A DNA stretch of 63,760 bases, filler included, from Octopus bimaculoides (taxonomy: Eukaryota): the NCBI RefSeq assembly GCF_001194135.2. It is 7 parts of 7 records of this genome, joined end to end, with 100 filler letters (N's around TTAATTAATTAA, not from the genome) between each part and the next. Parts side by side here need not be neighbours in the genome. Positions count along the whole stretch, not along the records: positions 1 to 12,354 come from NC_068999.1; 6 more parts are not named here. One strand, written 5' to 3'. The position numbers and the translations under genes were made by a program. Below, piece after piece: positions 1 through 10,380 of the stretch; position 1 is the stretch's first letter; the number at the start of each line of letters is the position of its first letter. The notes beneath the pieces are model-generated. The model made no database searches. It was not told where the DNA came from and saw only the letters and a list, made by a program, of their open reading frames with translations.

Positions 1-301
1 GTCATAGAATTGGTCTTTCAGACCATCTGGTAGCCCAGGTTGAGGTGCATAGGCTGAGATGACAGTAGCTAATCTATGATGAAGCACTAGTCTGATCTTA
101 AGTACTCTGTCACTTACTCTAACGACCTCGATTACCTTATCCACCCATTTCTCCGCTAGAAGTATTCCTACGCCCCCGACCCCGTCAGTGTTCCCTGCCC
201 AGAAAATCTTGTACCTGTGTTCTTTGCCTGTGAGGAACCTTGCAGAACCTCCTCTCCATCTTACTTCCTGGATGCAGCACATATCTACGCATCTCCGTTC
301 A
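1..301 (-). mobile_element. RTE-clade LINE remnant, apurinic-type endonuclease domain
   Basis: Minus strand reads RRCVDMCCIQEVRWRGGSARFLTGKEHRYKIFWAGNTDG/GGVGILLAEKWVDKVIEVVRVSDRVLKIRLVLHHRLATVISAYAPQPGLPDGLKDQFYD with one frameshift. QE, GVG and SAYAP are APE motifs of RTE LINEs. Confidence 0.9.
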
Positions 302-1258
302 TTACTTATTGGGTCACCGGGAAACTCTGAGTTTCTCAGCAACGGAGTTTTGTTTCGTGGGTTTTTTTTCTTCTTTTCCAGGTTATTTTGCATGCTTTCA
401 AATGAATGACATTGAAATTATGTGTAAACAGCTCCTTTTCTCAGAACAGGAAAGATTTGGCTACTGTTTCTTGCACGCCCTGCTACCATGTAACAAGTAT
501 TTTGGATCCTTTATTGCAAATAGCTGTTACGTCGTAGCAGCGTGTGCTAGAAATAGCAGCCAAATCTTTGGAGGTGAGATATGTTGAATACTCTCAAAAA
601 AAAAAACCTATGAAAAAAANNNNNNNNNNATACTCTCAAAAAAAAAAAACCTATGAAAAAAAAACTATTTCACACCAAGGTTACGAGTGGGTCTTTTATG
701 AAATATTTACCTTATTATTAAAGTCATTTTCACTTTGAAATATATTTTTAATATGCCAAAAAGATTTTTGTAATGGTATTCTCTTGAAAATAACTAAAAA
801 AAAAAACATTAAAATATTGTCTGTTTAAAGAAAGCTAAAATATAAATACTTACTGTACAAAACAAATTATATTTTTGAAATCACATTCACTTAAAAATAT
901 TTCTAAATGATTAAAATATTGTGTTTAACAAAAGCGAAAATAGAAACATTTACTGTGAAAAAACAAACCATATTTTTTCGTTGTCAAGTCACTGTGTCTA
1001 ATCAAAAGATAAGAGGTTTTTTCCTTTCAGGATTAAGATTATTTTCAGAATGTTTTCTCATTATGCACCATTTTGGGTATTTATACCCAACAAACCTCTA
1101 TCTCAAAAACTACTTGTCCAATTTATGCGAAACTGGTTTCATTCCATCTGTATTAACATTTCAGGGTACACTTAATTCATAGTATTTTCCCATTATGCGC
1201 CAGTTTGGCTGGGTAACATTGCAAGCAAGCAAGATTCAAGCACACTTTTGATGTATTA
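302..1258 (-). mobile_element. Non-autonomous Helitron-like element, copy 1 (both termini damaged)
   Basis: Diverged direct repeat of 1259-2588 once the SINE insertion is removed. It lacks the CTAG end, one hairpin arm and the first few nt of the 5' end. Confidence 0.65.
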
Positions 1259-2588
1259 CTAGACTACTTGTGACCCATTGGGTCACCAGGAAAATCTGAG
1301 TTTCCCAGCAATGGAGTTTTGTTTTGTGCTTTTTTTTTTTTACTTTTCCAGGTTATTTTGCATGCGTTCAACAAATGTGACATCAAAATCTTGTGTAAAC
1401 GGCTCCTTCTCCTGAAAAGGAAAGATTTGGCTGCTATTTCTTGCATGCCCTGCTACCACATAACAGGTATTTCAGGTCCTTTATCGTAAATAGCTGTTGT
1501 GATAGCAAGGCGTGCTAGAAATAGCAGCCAAATCTTTGGAGGTGAGATACGTTCAATGCACTCCAAAAAAAAAAAATAATAATTTCTCACTGAGGTTATG
1601 AATGGGTCTTTTATGAAATATTTACCGTATTTTTAAAGTCATTTTCACTTTAGAATATTTTTTAAATATACCAAAAAAAATTTTGTAATGGTATTCTCTT
1701 GAAAATAATTTTAAAAAGCATTAAAATATTGTCTGTTTAAAGAAAGCTAAAATATACATACTGTACAAACATAGGTGCAGGAGTGGCTGTGTGGTAGGTA
1801 GCTTGCTTACCAACCACATGGTTCCGGGTTCATTCCCACTGCATGGCATCTTGGGCAAGTGTCTTCCACTATAGCCTCGGGCCGAACAAAACCTTGTGAG
1901 TGGATTTGGTAGACGGAAACTGAAAGAAGCCCGTCGTATATATGTATATATATGTATATGTATGTGTGTATGTATGTTTGTGTGTCTGTATTTTTTCCCC
2001 CAACATCGCTTGACAACCTATGGTTGTGTGTTTACATCCCTGTAACTTAGCGGTTCGGCAAAAAGAGACCGATAGAATAAGTACTAGGCTTCCAAAGAAT
2101 ATGTCCTGGGGTCGATTTGCTCGACTAAAGGCGGTGCTCTAGCATGGCTGCAGTCAAATGACTGAAACAAGTAAAAGAGTAAAAGAGAGAGTAAACAACT
2201 TATATTTTTGAAATTATGTTCACTTAGAAATATTTCTAAATGATTAAAATATTGTGTTTAACAAAAGTGAAAATAGAAACTGTAAAAAAAAACTCCTATA
2301 TTTTCGTTGTCAACTCACTGTCTAATAGAAAGATAAGAGTTTCTTCCCTTTCAGGATTAAGATTATTTTCAGAACATTTTCCCATTATGCACCATTTGGG
2401 TATTTATACCCCAAAAATCCCTAATATCTTGAAAACTTCTTTACCAATTTACGTGAAACTTGTTTTATTCCATTTGTATTACCATTTCAGAATTAACTTA
2501 ATTCATAGTATTTTCGCATTATGCAGCAGGATGGCTGAGTAACATTGCAAGCAAGCAAGATTCAGACTGACTTTTAATGTAATATAGA
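1259..2588 (-). mobile_element. Non-autonomous Helitron-like element, copy 2 (interrupted by SINE-A)
   Basis: Minus-strand 5' end is A|TCTATATTACATTAAAAG followed by (CTTG)n. The 3' end is hairpin GTGACCC-AAT-GGGTCAC (1270-1286), 7 nt, then CTAG|T (1259-1262). No TSD or TIR, which fits Helitron termini. Confidence 0.7.
1772..2192 (+). mobile_element. tRNA-derived SINE family A, full length
   Basis: A-box-like TGGCTGTGTGG, B-box-like GGTTCATTCCC, CORE-like CTTGGGCAAGTG, internal (TA/TG)n and (AAGAGT) tail. AAACA flanks it at 1767-1771 and 2193-2197. The empty site is seen in copy 1 (~851-875). Several copies in the window. Confidence 0.92.
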
Positions 2589-2597
2589 TAGATAAAC

Positions 2598-2648
2598 CAT
2601 CGTTATCATTTAACATCTGCTTTCCATGTCGACATGGGTTGTACAGTC
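2598..2648 (-). mobile_element. SINE/LINE 3'-tail fragment with (GAT)n-type end
   Basis: Diverged reverse complement of the tail at 2820-2879 (shared TTTAACATC, TTCCATG, CATGGGTTG). Confidence 0.6.
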
Positions 2649-2735
2649 AAACAAGAGCTGTCCAGGTTCCAATTGTCTGTTTTGGCATATGTATGTGTAT
2701 ATATGTATATTGGTCTACTCTGTGGGGTGATTAAT

Positions 2736-2879
2736 GTTAGGAAGGGCATCCAGCCACAAAAACCATGCTAAAACAGATGCAGATGCCTGGTATAGTCTTG
2801 TGCTAGCCGGGCTCCTGTCAAACCGTCCAACCCATGCCAGCATGGAAGGTGGATGTTAAACAATGAGGATGATGATGAT
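2736..2879 (+). mobile_element. SINE/LINE 3'-tail fragment ending in (GAT)n
   Basis: AGGAAGGGCATCCAGCC...GTCAAACCGTCCAACCCATGCCAGCATGGAAGGTGGATGTTAAAC followed by (GAT)n; inverted partner at 2598-2648. Confidence 0.65.
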
Positions 2880-2934
2880 ATATATATATATATGTATATA
2901 AATATATGTATATATATAGATATATGTGTGTGTG

Positions 2935-3016
<82 letters not shown>

Positions 3017-3298
3017 NNNNNNNNNNNNNNNNNNNNNNNNNNNNNNNNNNNNNNNNNNNNNNNNNNNNNNNNNNNNNNNNNNNNNNNNNNNNNNNNNNNN
3101 NNNNNNNNNNNNNNNNNNNNNNNNNNNNNNNNNNNNNNNNNNNNNNNNNNNNNNNNNNNNNNNNNNNNNNNNNNNNNNNNNNNNNNNNNNNNNNNNNNNN
3201 NNNNNNNNNNNNNNNNNNNNNNNNNNNNNNNNNNNNNNNNNNNNNNNNNNNNNNNNNNNNNNNNNNNNNNNNNNNNNNNNNNNNNNNNNNNNNNGAGA

Positions 3299-4552
3299 CA
3301 GAGTGTGGTGAATAAATTGTTATCTAAGTTACACAAAAATGAAAATAACACTGGTGTCTCATTTTAACAGATATATTTACCAAAATTAGTTTAAAATATC
3401 TTGAAATACTAAAGAGTAAATTTATTCAATAAAATCACCATTGTCTTCTACCATGGCCTCAAGACGACTTTGGAATCTCCTGCAACTCTTCTGGATAGTC
3501 TCCTTGTTTAAGTTGGTGAATACTGCCATAATCCTTACTTTCAGTTCATCTTTGGCGTTACAAGGAGTTTTGTTGGTCTCTCGGTGGAGTTAGGTGGCCA
3601 GATCTTAGGGTGATGTGGTCGCAGAAATTGTCTGACAGCTATGACTGGGTTCTCCAGCTTCTATGGTATGGTGCAGGGTCCTGTTGCTAAACATAGGGTC
3701 TTCCAGCAGCCACCCTCTTCACTCAGGGCAGCACTACCTCCTACAGGTACTTGATGTAGGCCTCTGTATTGAGTCTGAGGGAAGATGAATGGAGACATAA
3801 TGTTGCAATCACTAGTGATCACTCCAAACACCATGATGTTGATTGGATGTTTGATTTTTATCACTCTTCAGTACATGTTTTGGGGACCCGGTAAGCCAGT
3901 GATTGTTTTGTGTATTCACCATCTGATCCTGGCAGAAACTTTTCTCGTCTGAGAAAAAGCAAAGCATGTTCAATTAGAGGGGATGCTTGAATTGGTTCAA
4001 AAGCTTTGTAGTATGGTTTTTTTTTATTGTCCTTGATGGTTTGGTATAAAAATTGGCCCTTTCTCATCTTCTATGAGGAATACCAAATGTCTTCATGCAT
4101 TACCTTCCTGATAAGAAACTCAGGCACTTCCATGTCCCTGGCGCTGGACCTGATTGACTAAGAGGGATCGTTGTTAATCATGGCCTGGATCTCACCAACA
4201 AATTCAGGAGTTCTTTTTTTATCAGAACGATAAGAGTGAGTTTTCCAAGCTGCCGTACCTTCGTAATTACCATTAGACACGTCCAACTCTTTCTGAATCC
4301 TCTGCACTTCCCTCAGATTGAAACTGAAACACTCTGAAGCGTTTTTAGTGGAGCTTCTGGTGTGAATGCCAAGTAGTACTGGTATTTGTTTCCAAATTTC
4401 TGGCAGAGTGAATTGCATCATGATGTTGTTTTTCTCACAGATGGTGCCCAACTGACCTTACTATACTGTGTAGTCAACAAAATCAAAAACAAACAATGCA
4501 CATACGTGAAATAAAAAATATAAAATGGCAACAATTTACTCATTGCACTCTG
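3299..4552 (-). mobile_element. Tc1/mariner-superfamily DNA transposon (probably DD37D/maT), full length but decayed
   Basis: TIRs at 3299-3320 and 4531-4552 (18/22 match), TA after the right TIR. Transposase remnant 4421 to 3422 includes HPINIMVFGVITSD, RPYV*QQDPAPYH, WPPNS and AMVEDNGDFIE*, with stops, frameshifts and a deletion. Confidence 0.9.
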
Positions 4553-4972
4553 TATATGTATGTGTATGTATATANNNNNNNNNNNNNNNNNNNNNNNNNN
4601 NNNNNNNNNNNNNNNNNNNNNNNNNNNNNNNNNNNNNNNNNNNNNNNNNNNNNNNNNNNNNNNNNNNNNNNNNNNNNNNNNNNNNNNNNNNNNNNNNNNN
4701 NNNNNNNNNNNNNNNNNNNNNNNNNNNNNNNNNNNNNNNNNNNNNNNNNNNNNNNNNNNNNNNNNNNNNNNNNNNNNNNNNNNNNNNNNNNNNNNNNNNN
4801 NNNNNNNNNNNNNNNNNNNNNNNNNNNNNNNNNNNNNNNNNNNNNNNNNNNNNNNNNNNNNNNNNNNNNNNNNNNNNNNNNNNNNNNNNNNNNNNNNNNN
4901 NNNNNNNNNNNNNNNNNNNNNNNNNNNNNNNNNNNNNNNNNNNNNNNNNNNNNNNNNNNNNNNNNNNNNNNN

Positions 4973-5012
<40 letters not shown>

Positions 5013-5046
5013 ATATATATATATACATATATATACATATGGATAA

Positions 5047-5215
5047 ATGGGTACAGGACGTCACCAACAATAAAGAACATGAAATACGAAAACAAATGAG
5101 TTCAATACGTAAACAACAAGAGAAACAAATGGAAAACAGGACAAGTAACACAAGGAACGACCCTTCATCTGTTGTCGGCTGTCTATCTACTCCTCATTTT
5201 GAGCATTGAACAATA
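5047..5215 (-). repeat. Interspersed repeat, tentatively Penelope-like-element associated
   Basis: Homologous to 18563-18745 in opposite orientation (GACAAC[A/T]GATGAAGGG ... GTCCTGTACCCAT). The class assignment is inference only. Confidence 0.5.
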
Positions 5216-5550
5216 ATACAAGTCTTTGGAGACAGTTGCTCCCATAAGTACCAAATTAAAATTTTGTATTTATGGAGGGTGAAAGTTGGGAACAAAAACC
5301 GAATGGCAACAAATATGGAGGGTTGTATACATGTATATTTGTATGTACAAGTAAGTAGACAAATGAAAGAAGGGCACTCAATGCATTTATTTGGAGTTAC
5401 ATGTATGGATTAAAATAGTTTGATTCAAACTCCTTGGTACTCCGAATTTCAAACATGTTGCTAGTCACCGGCCATTGGAGTCTGAATGTGTGTATACATA
5501 TACATATATACATACATACATACATACATACACACACATACATATATATG

Positions 5551-5855
5551 TGAAAGCGCATGGCTCATTGGTTAGGGCATTCAGCTCACGATCGTAAGGT
5601 TGTGTGTTCAATTCCCAGCTACGTGTTGTGTCCTTGAGCAAGACACTTTATTTCACATTGCTCCAGTCCACTCAGCTGGCAAAAATGAGTAGTACCTGTA
5701 TTTCAAAGGAGCCAGCCTTGTCACATTCTATGTCACGCTGAATCTCTCTGAGAACTACATTAAAGGTACACATGTCTGTGGAGTGCTCAACCACTTTCAT
5801 GTTAATTTCACGAGCAAGCTCTTCTGTTGATTGTATCGGCTGGGACCCTCACCGA
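5551..5855 (+). mobile_element. tRNA-derived SINE family C (CORE-like)
   Basis: A-box TGGCTCATTGG, B-box GTTCAATTCC, CORE-like GTGTCCTTGAGCAAGACACTT; head homologous to 7103-7230. Confidence 0.8.
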
Positions 5856-5902
5856 CAGAGTGCTCCTATATTATATAATGTGTGTGTGTGGGGGTGGGGG
5901 AA

Positions 5903-6265
5903 AGAAGCTTGCTTCCCAACCACATGGTACCAGGTTCAGTTCCAGGTTCACCTTGGGCAAGTGTCTTTTACTATACCCTTGGGCTGACCAAAGCCTTGTG
6001 AGTGGATTTGGTAGAAGGAAACTGAAAGAAGTCTGTTGTTATATATATATATATATATATATATATGTTTATATTTGTGTGTGTGTCTGTGCTTGTCCCC
6101 CTGCTATCACTTGACAACTGAGCTTAATGTCTTTACATCCCCATAATCCAGCAGTTTGGCAAAAGAGACCGATAGAATAAGTTCTGGAGTCGATTTGTTC
6201 AGCTGTAGGTGGTGCTCCAGCATGGCCACACTCAAATGATTGAAACAAGTAAATGAGTAAATGAG
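5903..6265 (+). mobile_element. SINE family A, head slightly truncated
   Basis: Aligns to 1772-2192 from GCTTGCTT through the AAACAAGTAAATGAGT tail, with internal (AT)n. Confidence 0.88.
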
Positions 6266-7034
6266 TATATGAATATATATTTATAACCAGATAACATTAC
6301 TGCATCTCATGATCAGCAGCTACCTGTACTATATATTAAATGAACAGCTTGTCAAATTAAATATCTTGGTAGATTTATGTAAGAATTTTGCAGAGTAGCA
6401 TTGCAAGTTGCTTCTTCAATCCAGAGAGCTTGTCATATAATTCTGTATTTTACCGAAGGCCAAGAAAACTGACAAATGTTATATTACTTAAACAACTTAC
6501 AGTCTGTTATACAACGGAGCTTTTATCACTTATTATTCGAAGATTCTTATAAAAATAGAATTTCCTCTCGTTAACAATAAAAAGTAATTATTGCTGAAGA
6601 ATCAGCGACATTGGTCGTCAGAGAACACTACTTGCTACTCTTCCAGACATGTTCTATTTAGCAATACAGTTTTAATAATGATCATAATGTTCTATGTGTG
6701 TGTGTATCTTTATGTGTATATACGTATGTTTGTGTGTCCATATATATCTGTATGTATGTGTGTGTGTGTATATATATAAGTTCAGCAAAAATTTAGATTC
6801 AGATGAATATGGTACTTAAGTTGAGGCACCAGAATTTAGTACAGTATTATCCATACAATTTCAAAATAAGGTGATTAGAATCAAAATAAGCAGATATCCT
6901 TGTTGCTTATTTTGATTCTAATCACCTTATANNNNNNNNNNTGTATATATATATATATATATATATACGTGTGTGTGTGTGTGTGTGTGTTTGGTGTATG
7001 TATGTATGCATGCATGTATGTATATTTATATGTA

Positions 7035-7065
<31 letters not shown>

Positions 7066-7102
7066 GTTTGTATGCATATTTATATATATTATATACATAT
7101 TT

Positions 7103-7390
7103 GTGAAGGCACATGGCTTAGTGGTTAGGGTGTTTCACTCACTATTGTGAGATCATGGTTTTGATTCCCAAGTCAACTCGTACATTGTGTTCTTGAGCAA
7201 AACACTTCATTTCACATTATTCTGTTTTGACACCTCACATGTGGCACTTTTGTGCATCTGTACACAGATTGTCGATTTGATGAAGCCAGTTAGCTTATGT
7301 GAACACAAACATTTCATCACTATAAACAAATCATGTGTGGTTGGTCAGTAAGATATTGCAGAACACTTATACGGCGTCTACTGGCAGGAG
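7103..7390 (+). mobile_element. SINE family C-like head with a different 3' part
   Basis: GTGAAGGCACATGGCTTAGTGGTTAGGG ... TGTGTTCTTGAGCAAAACACTT matches the 5551 head; the tail does not match, so the 3' boundary is approximate. Confidence 0.65.
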
Positions 7391-7411
7391 AGTCTGTAAT
7401 TTATGTATATC

Positions 7412-7563
7412 ATGGGTGTGTGATAAGAATCTTGCTGCTCAATCACATGGTACCAGGTTCAGTCCCACTGTGTGGCACCTTGGGCAATTGTCTTCTACTA
7501 TAGTCTTGGGCTGACCAAAACCTTGTGAGCAGATTTGGTAAATGGAAGCTGAAAGAAGCCTGT

Positions 7564-7607
<44 letters not shown>
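7412..7607 (+). mobile_element. SINE family A, 5' half
   Basis: Head plus CCTTGGGCAA and CTGAAAGAAGCC, ending in the internal microsatellite. Confidence 0.8.
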
Positions 7608-7609
<2 letters not shown>

Positions 7610-7790
7610 AATAATAGAAGTTGAAAATGCATTGAGAATAGTTAAAACAATTTTACTATTTTATTTAAAGATTTAACTACTTTCATAGTTTACACTAATT
7701 TTCAAAAAGTTGTAATAGAAAGACATTCTGATTAGTGTTTGAAGCTTGCCCCATTTTTATAGGGAGTTCATGGCTCAAATTAGTATGTTT

Positions 7791-8306
7791 TGAATAAGAT
7801 TTGATTGGTAGAGGATAGTCATATGACTGGTCTTAGAAATGTTTGTGTTAGTCTCAAGTGATAAAGTTGGGCATCGTAAATTAAGGCTGACACGGTTGAC
7901 TGAACATGTCCAAACAATCAATGCTCTGAATGTTTTCTGTCAAGTGTTTGTAGAGAATGAACGCGTGATTAAGTTTAAAACCTTTTGTACATTTCCCACT
8001 AGGTCTGCTTTAGTGTCACGTGACAGTATATTTTGTGCCTAAAATGAAAGCGGACACAGTTGAGTGAATAGGATTTGATTGGTAGAGGATAGTCACATGA
8101 CTGGTCTTAGAAATTTTGTAGGTTCCCCACTACGTCTGTGTGTTAATATGAAGTGACAATGTTTGGCATCGTAAGTTAAGACTGACATGGTTGACTAAAT
8201 ATGTCTAGTGACAGTACCAAATAATCAATGCTCTGAATTTTTCTATCAAGCGTTTGTAGAGAATGAACACGTGATTAAGTTTAGAACCTTTTGTACACTC
8301 CCGCTA
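7791..8306. repeat. Diverged direct repeat, two units (7791-8000 and 8065-8306)
   Basis: Both units carry GATTTGATTGGTAGAGGATAGTCA[T/C]ATGACTGGTCTTAGAAAT ... GTAGAGAATGAAC ... CCTTTTGTACA. Confidence 0.85.
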
Positions 8307-8419
8307 TGTCCAAAAAAAAAAAAAAAAAAAAATGGAAATAATTCTTTTATTTGTTTGCCTCAGTCCTTCAGCCTCATTTGAACCTTTCACTGACCCCCAA
8401 CTACATTTCTACACAAAAC

Positions 8420-9727
8420 ACTTATGGATGTATCCCCCAATTTAAATAGTTCCATCCATTCTATTAAGTGAATTTTCCAACACATTAATCTTTACCTATT
8501 TTGTTTGACCTCAAAATGTTACATTTCATTCAAATTCACCAAAAAAATATAATTTTTTTCCTGTAACACCATGTGCTACCTTTTTAGATTTAATTAAATT
8601 TGGCTTACTGACGTATTTCCATGTTTTTACGTTTATAATAGTAATGTCACTACCCGTGTCCAGCTGCATTTTAACACTTGTATTTCTGATTTTCACTTTC
8701 ATGAATTTCCTTATTATAATTTCAATTTCTTCCAATGACATATTTATTCTTTCATCTTTTTTTCTGATGTTTTATCATCTTCATTGTACACTGCGACATT
8801 ATATGTCTTGTATTTCCACAACGTAAACACTGCTTTTTTAAATGGACAATTTTTCCTTAGGTGTATACCTCCACATGCAAAACATGGGTTTATTCCCTGG
8901 TGTTTGTTGTATTTTTCTGAAAACGTTTTATTTCTATTCGGACTATTCCACACTGGTTTTACTTGGAAACAGTCTTTATGTTCAATTTCCTCTGTGCTGT
9001 GTCTTAATTTAAGTATCCTTTCACATTCTTCAGACACATTTTGCAGGGTTACATCCTGGCTTTGCAGGAATTCTAGCTCTGACTTCTGCATCCTTTTGGC
9101 AGTTAGTCCCTGTATAAAAATCAGGCATTTGAACTTATCTGGAGTTAAGTTATCCAGTTTAAACTTCTTGCATTCCCTATTTACTCTACCAGCATATGTG
9201 ATAAAATCTTCAGTGTTGTTTTTCTCTATGTTCCGACATTTCGAACGTGTGTTGAACAATTAGCTTTTTTCATTGAAAATTTTACAAAATACATCTATTG
9301 TATCATTAAAATTTTTGTCTGAAGGTTTTCCTGGAAGTACATAATTACTGTATTGTTTGTGTTCTGTTGCTGCTAGTTTTCTCAAGATTAATTATGTTTT
9401 CATCTCATCATCCCAATCTTTATATACTTTCTTGAAAATTTGCTCATATCTTCTGTAGTATGCTTCAAAGGTAACTCCTTCGTCAGGTTCGTATTTAAAT
9501 TCAGTTATTGAATTCACGACATTGGCGAGAAGACTTTTTCTGGCTTTCCTGCCGTCTTCAGTAATTACACAATTTGTTGCTGTAATATCAGTTATCGTTG
9601 TTGCTTCTGTTGTTACTCTTGCAGTTGTACCTGCTGTTTTTGCAACACGAGTAAACCTGCCAACAAATTTTCCATACTTATACGATTTTTCATAAAATTT
9701 GTGCACAAACTTTGTGAGTTTATCCAC
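8420..9727 (-). pseudogene. Disrupted gag-protease coding region of the Gypsy element
   Basis: ORF pieces 9727-9392, 9259-8744 and 8741-8526 plus intervening frames; CCHC knuckles and DTG aspartic protease motif. Confidence 0.88.
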
Positions 9728-9766
9728 TCTTCTTCACGTTTCTTTTAACTCCGCATGAATTGGTTT

Positions 9767-9779
9767 ATCCTCGTCGCCA
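9767..9779 (-). promoter_or_regulatory. Primer-binding site complementary to the tRNA-Ser(GCU) 3' end
   Basis: TGGCGACGAGGAT is the reverse complement of ...ATCCTCGTCG-CCA, the known animal tRNA-Ser(GCU) 3' end; it lies just upstream of gag. Confidence 0.8.
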
Positions 9780-9780
9780 C

Positions 9781-10046
9781 TATTATAAAGCAGTCTTTTG
9801 TCACTGTTGTATATGTCTTTGTACGACAGTTGTCATTCTGACAGATGTTATATTCCGAAGTCATCGATAGAATACTTCTATCTGGCATTGTAGAACCCCC
9901 TGTCAAAGTGTTATTATTATCAAATAGTTTGATCATTGTAACGCTCGCACAATATTGCAATATAATTACTAGACCAGTATAAACATGACCAACAACAGAA
10001 TCTAACATGTACTCTCTTGATACTGGCTGGTGTCTCATTACTTATA
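9781..10046 (-). repeat. Putative 5' LTR (boundaries uncertain)
   Basis: Directly precedes the PBS. Ends read TATAAG...TATAATA, possibly decayed TG...CA. No second LTR in the window to confirm it. Confidence 0.4.
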
Positions 10047-10380
10047 GTGAATATCTCGTTCCACTCATCATGTAGGAGGGGTGTACCATTATTACTAATT
10101 CCCTACAATAGTAACCAATCTTTGTTCTATCCTGAGGTAATAATACACACTACTAAAACACTACATACACAGAATTTTCATAGAAAAGTGTGAAAATTAC
10201 TAAGTTTGCGTTTGATTACATAAAAACTCGTACATTACCCATGTGTGGAAAAACCCATGTGAATAATCAGACCAAGGATCGAAACGTTCCTACCTACACA
10301 GTAAAAAATCCAATTGTCTTAGAGAATAAGTGGAGTAAAAAAACGTATGTATAAAATTCTTTTGTTTTCTCATTATTACG

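Larger units (their letters stand above)
8335..10046 (-). mobile_element. Ty3/Gypsy LTR retrotransposon, 3'-truncated (putative 5' LTR, PBS, gag, protease; no RT seen)
   Basis: PBS TGGCGACGAGGAT at 9779-9767. gag-like FKYEPDEGVTFEAYYRRYEQIF and LILRKL...FNTRSKC. Two zinc knuckles (CFACGGIHLRKNC, CLRCGNTRHIMSQC) and protease QLDTGSDITII. Multiple stops and frameshifts. Confidence 0.9.

Noticed and set aside
589-662. Short direct repeat ATACTCTC(A)nCCTATG(A)n
   Set aside because: It flanks a 10-N gap and is absent from the paralogous unit; an assembly overlap.
1772-7200. tRNA genes at SINE heads
   Set aside because: Only A/B-box-like motifs; no full cloverleaf, and they run into SINE bodies.
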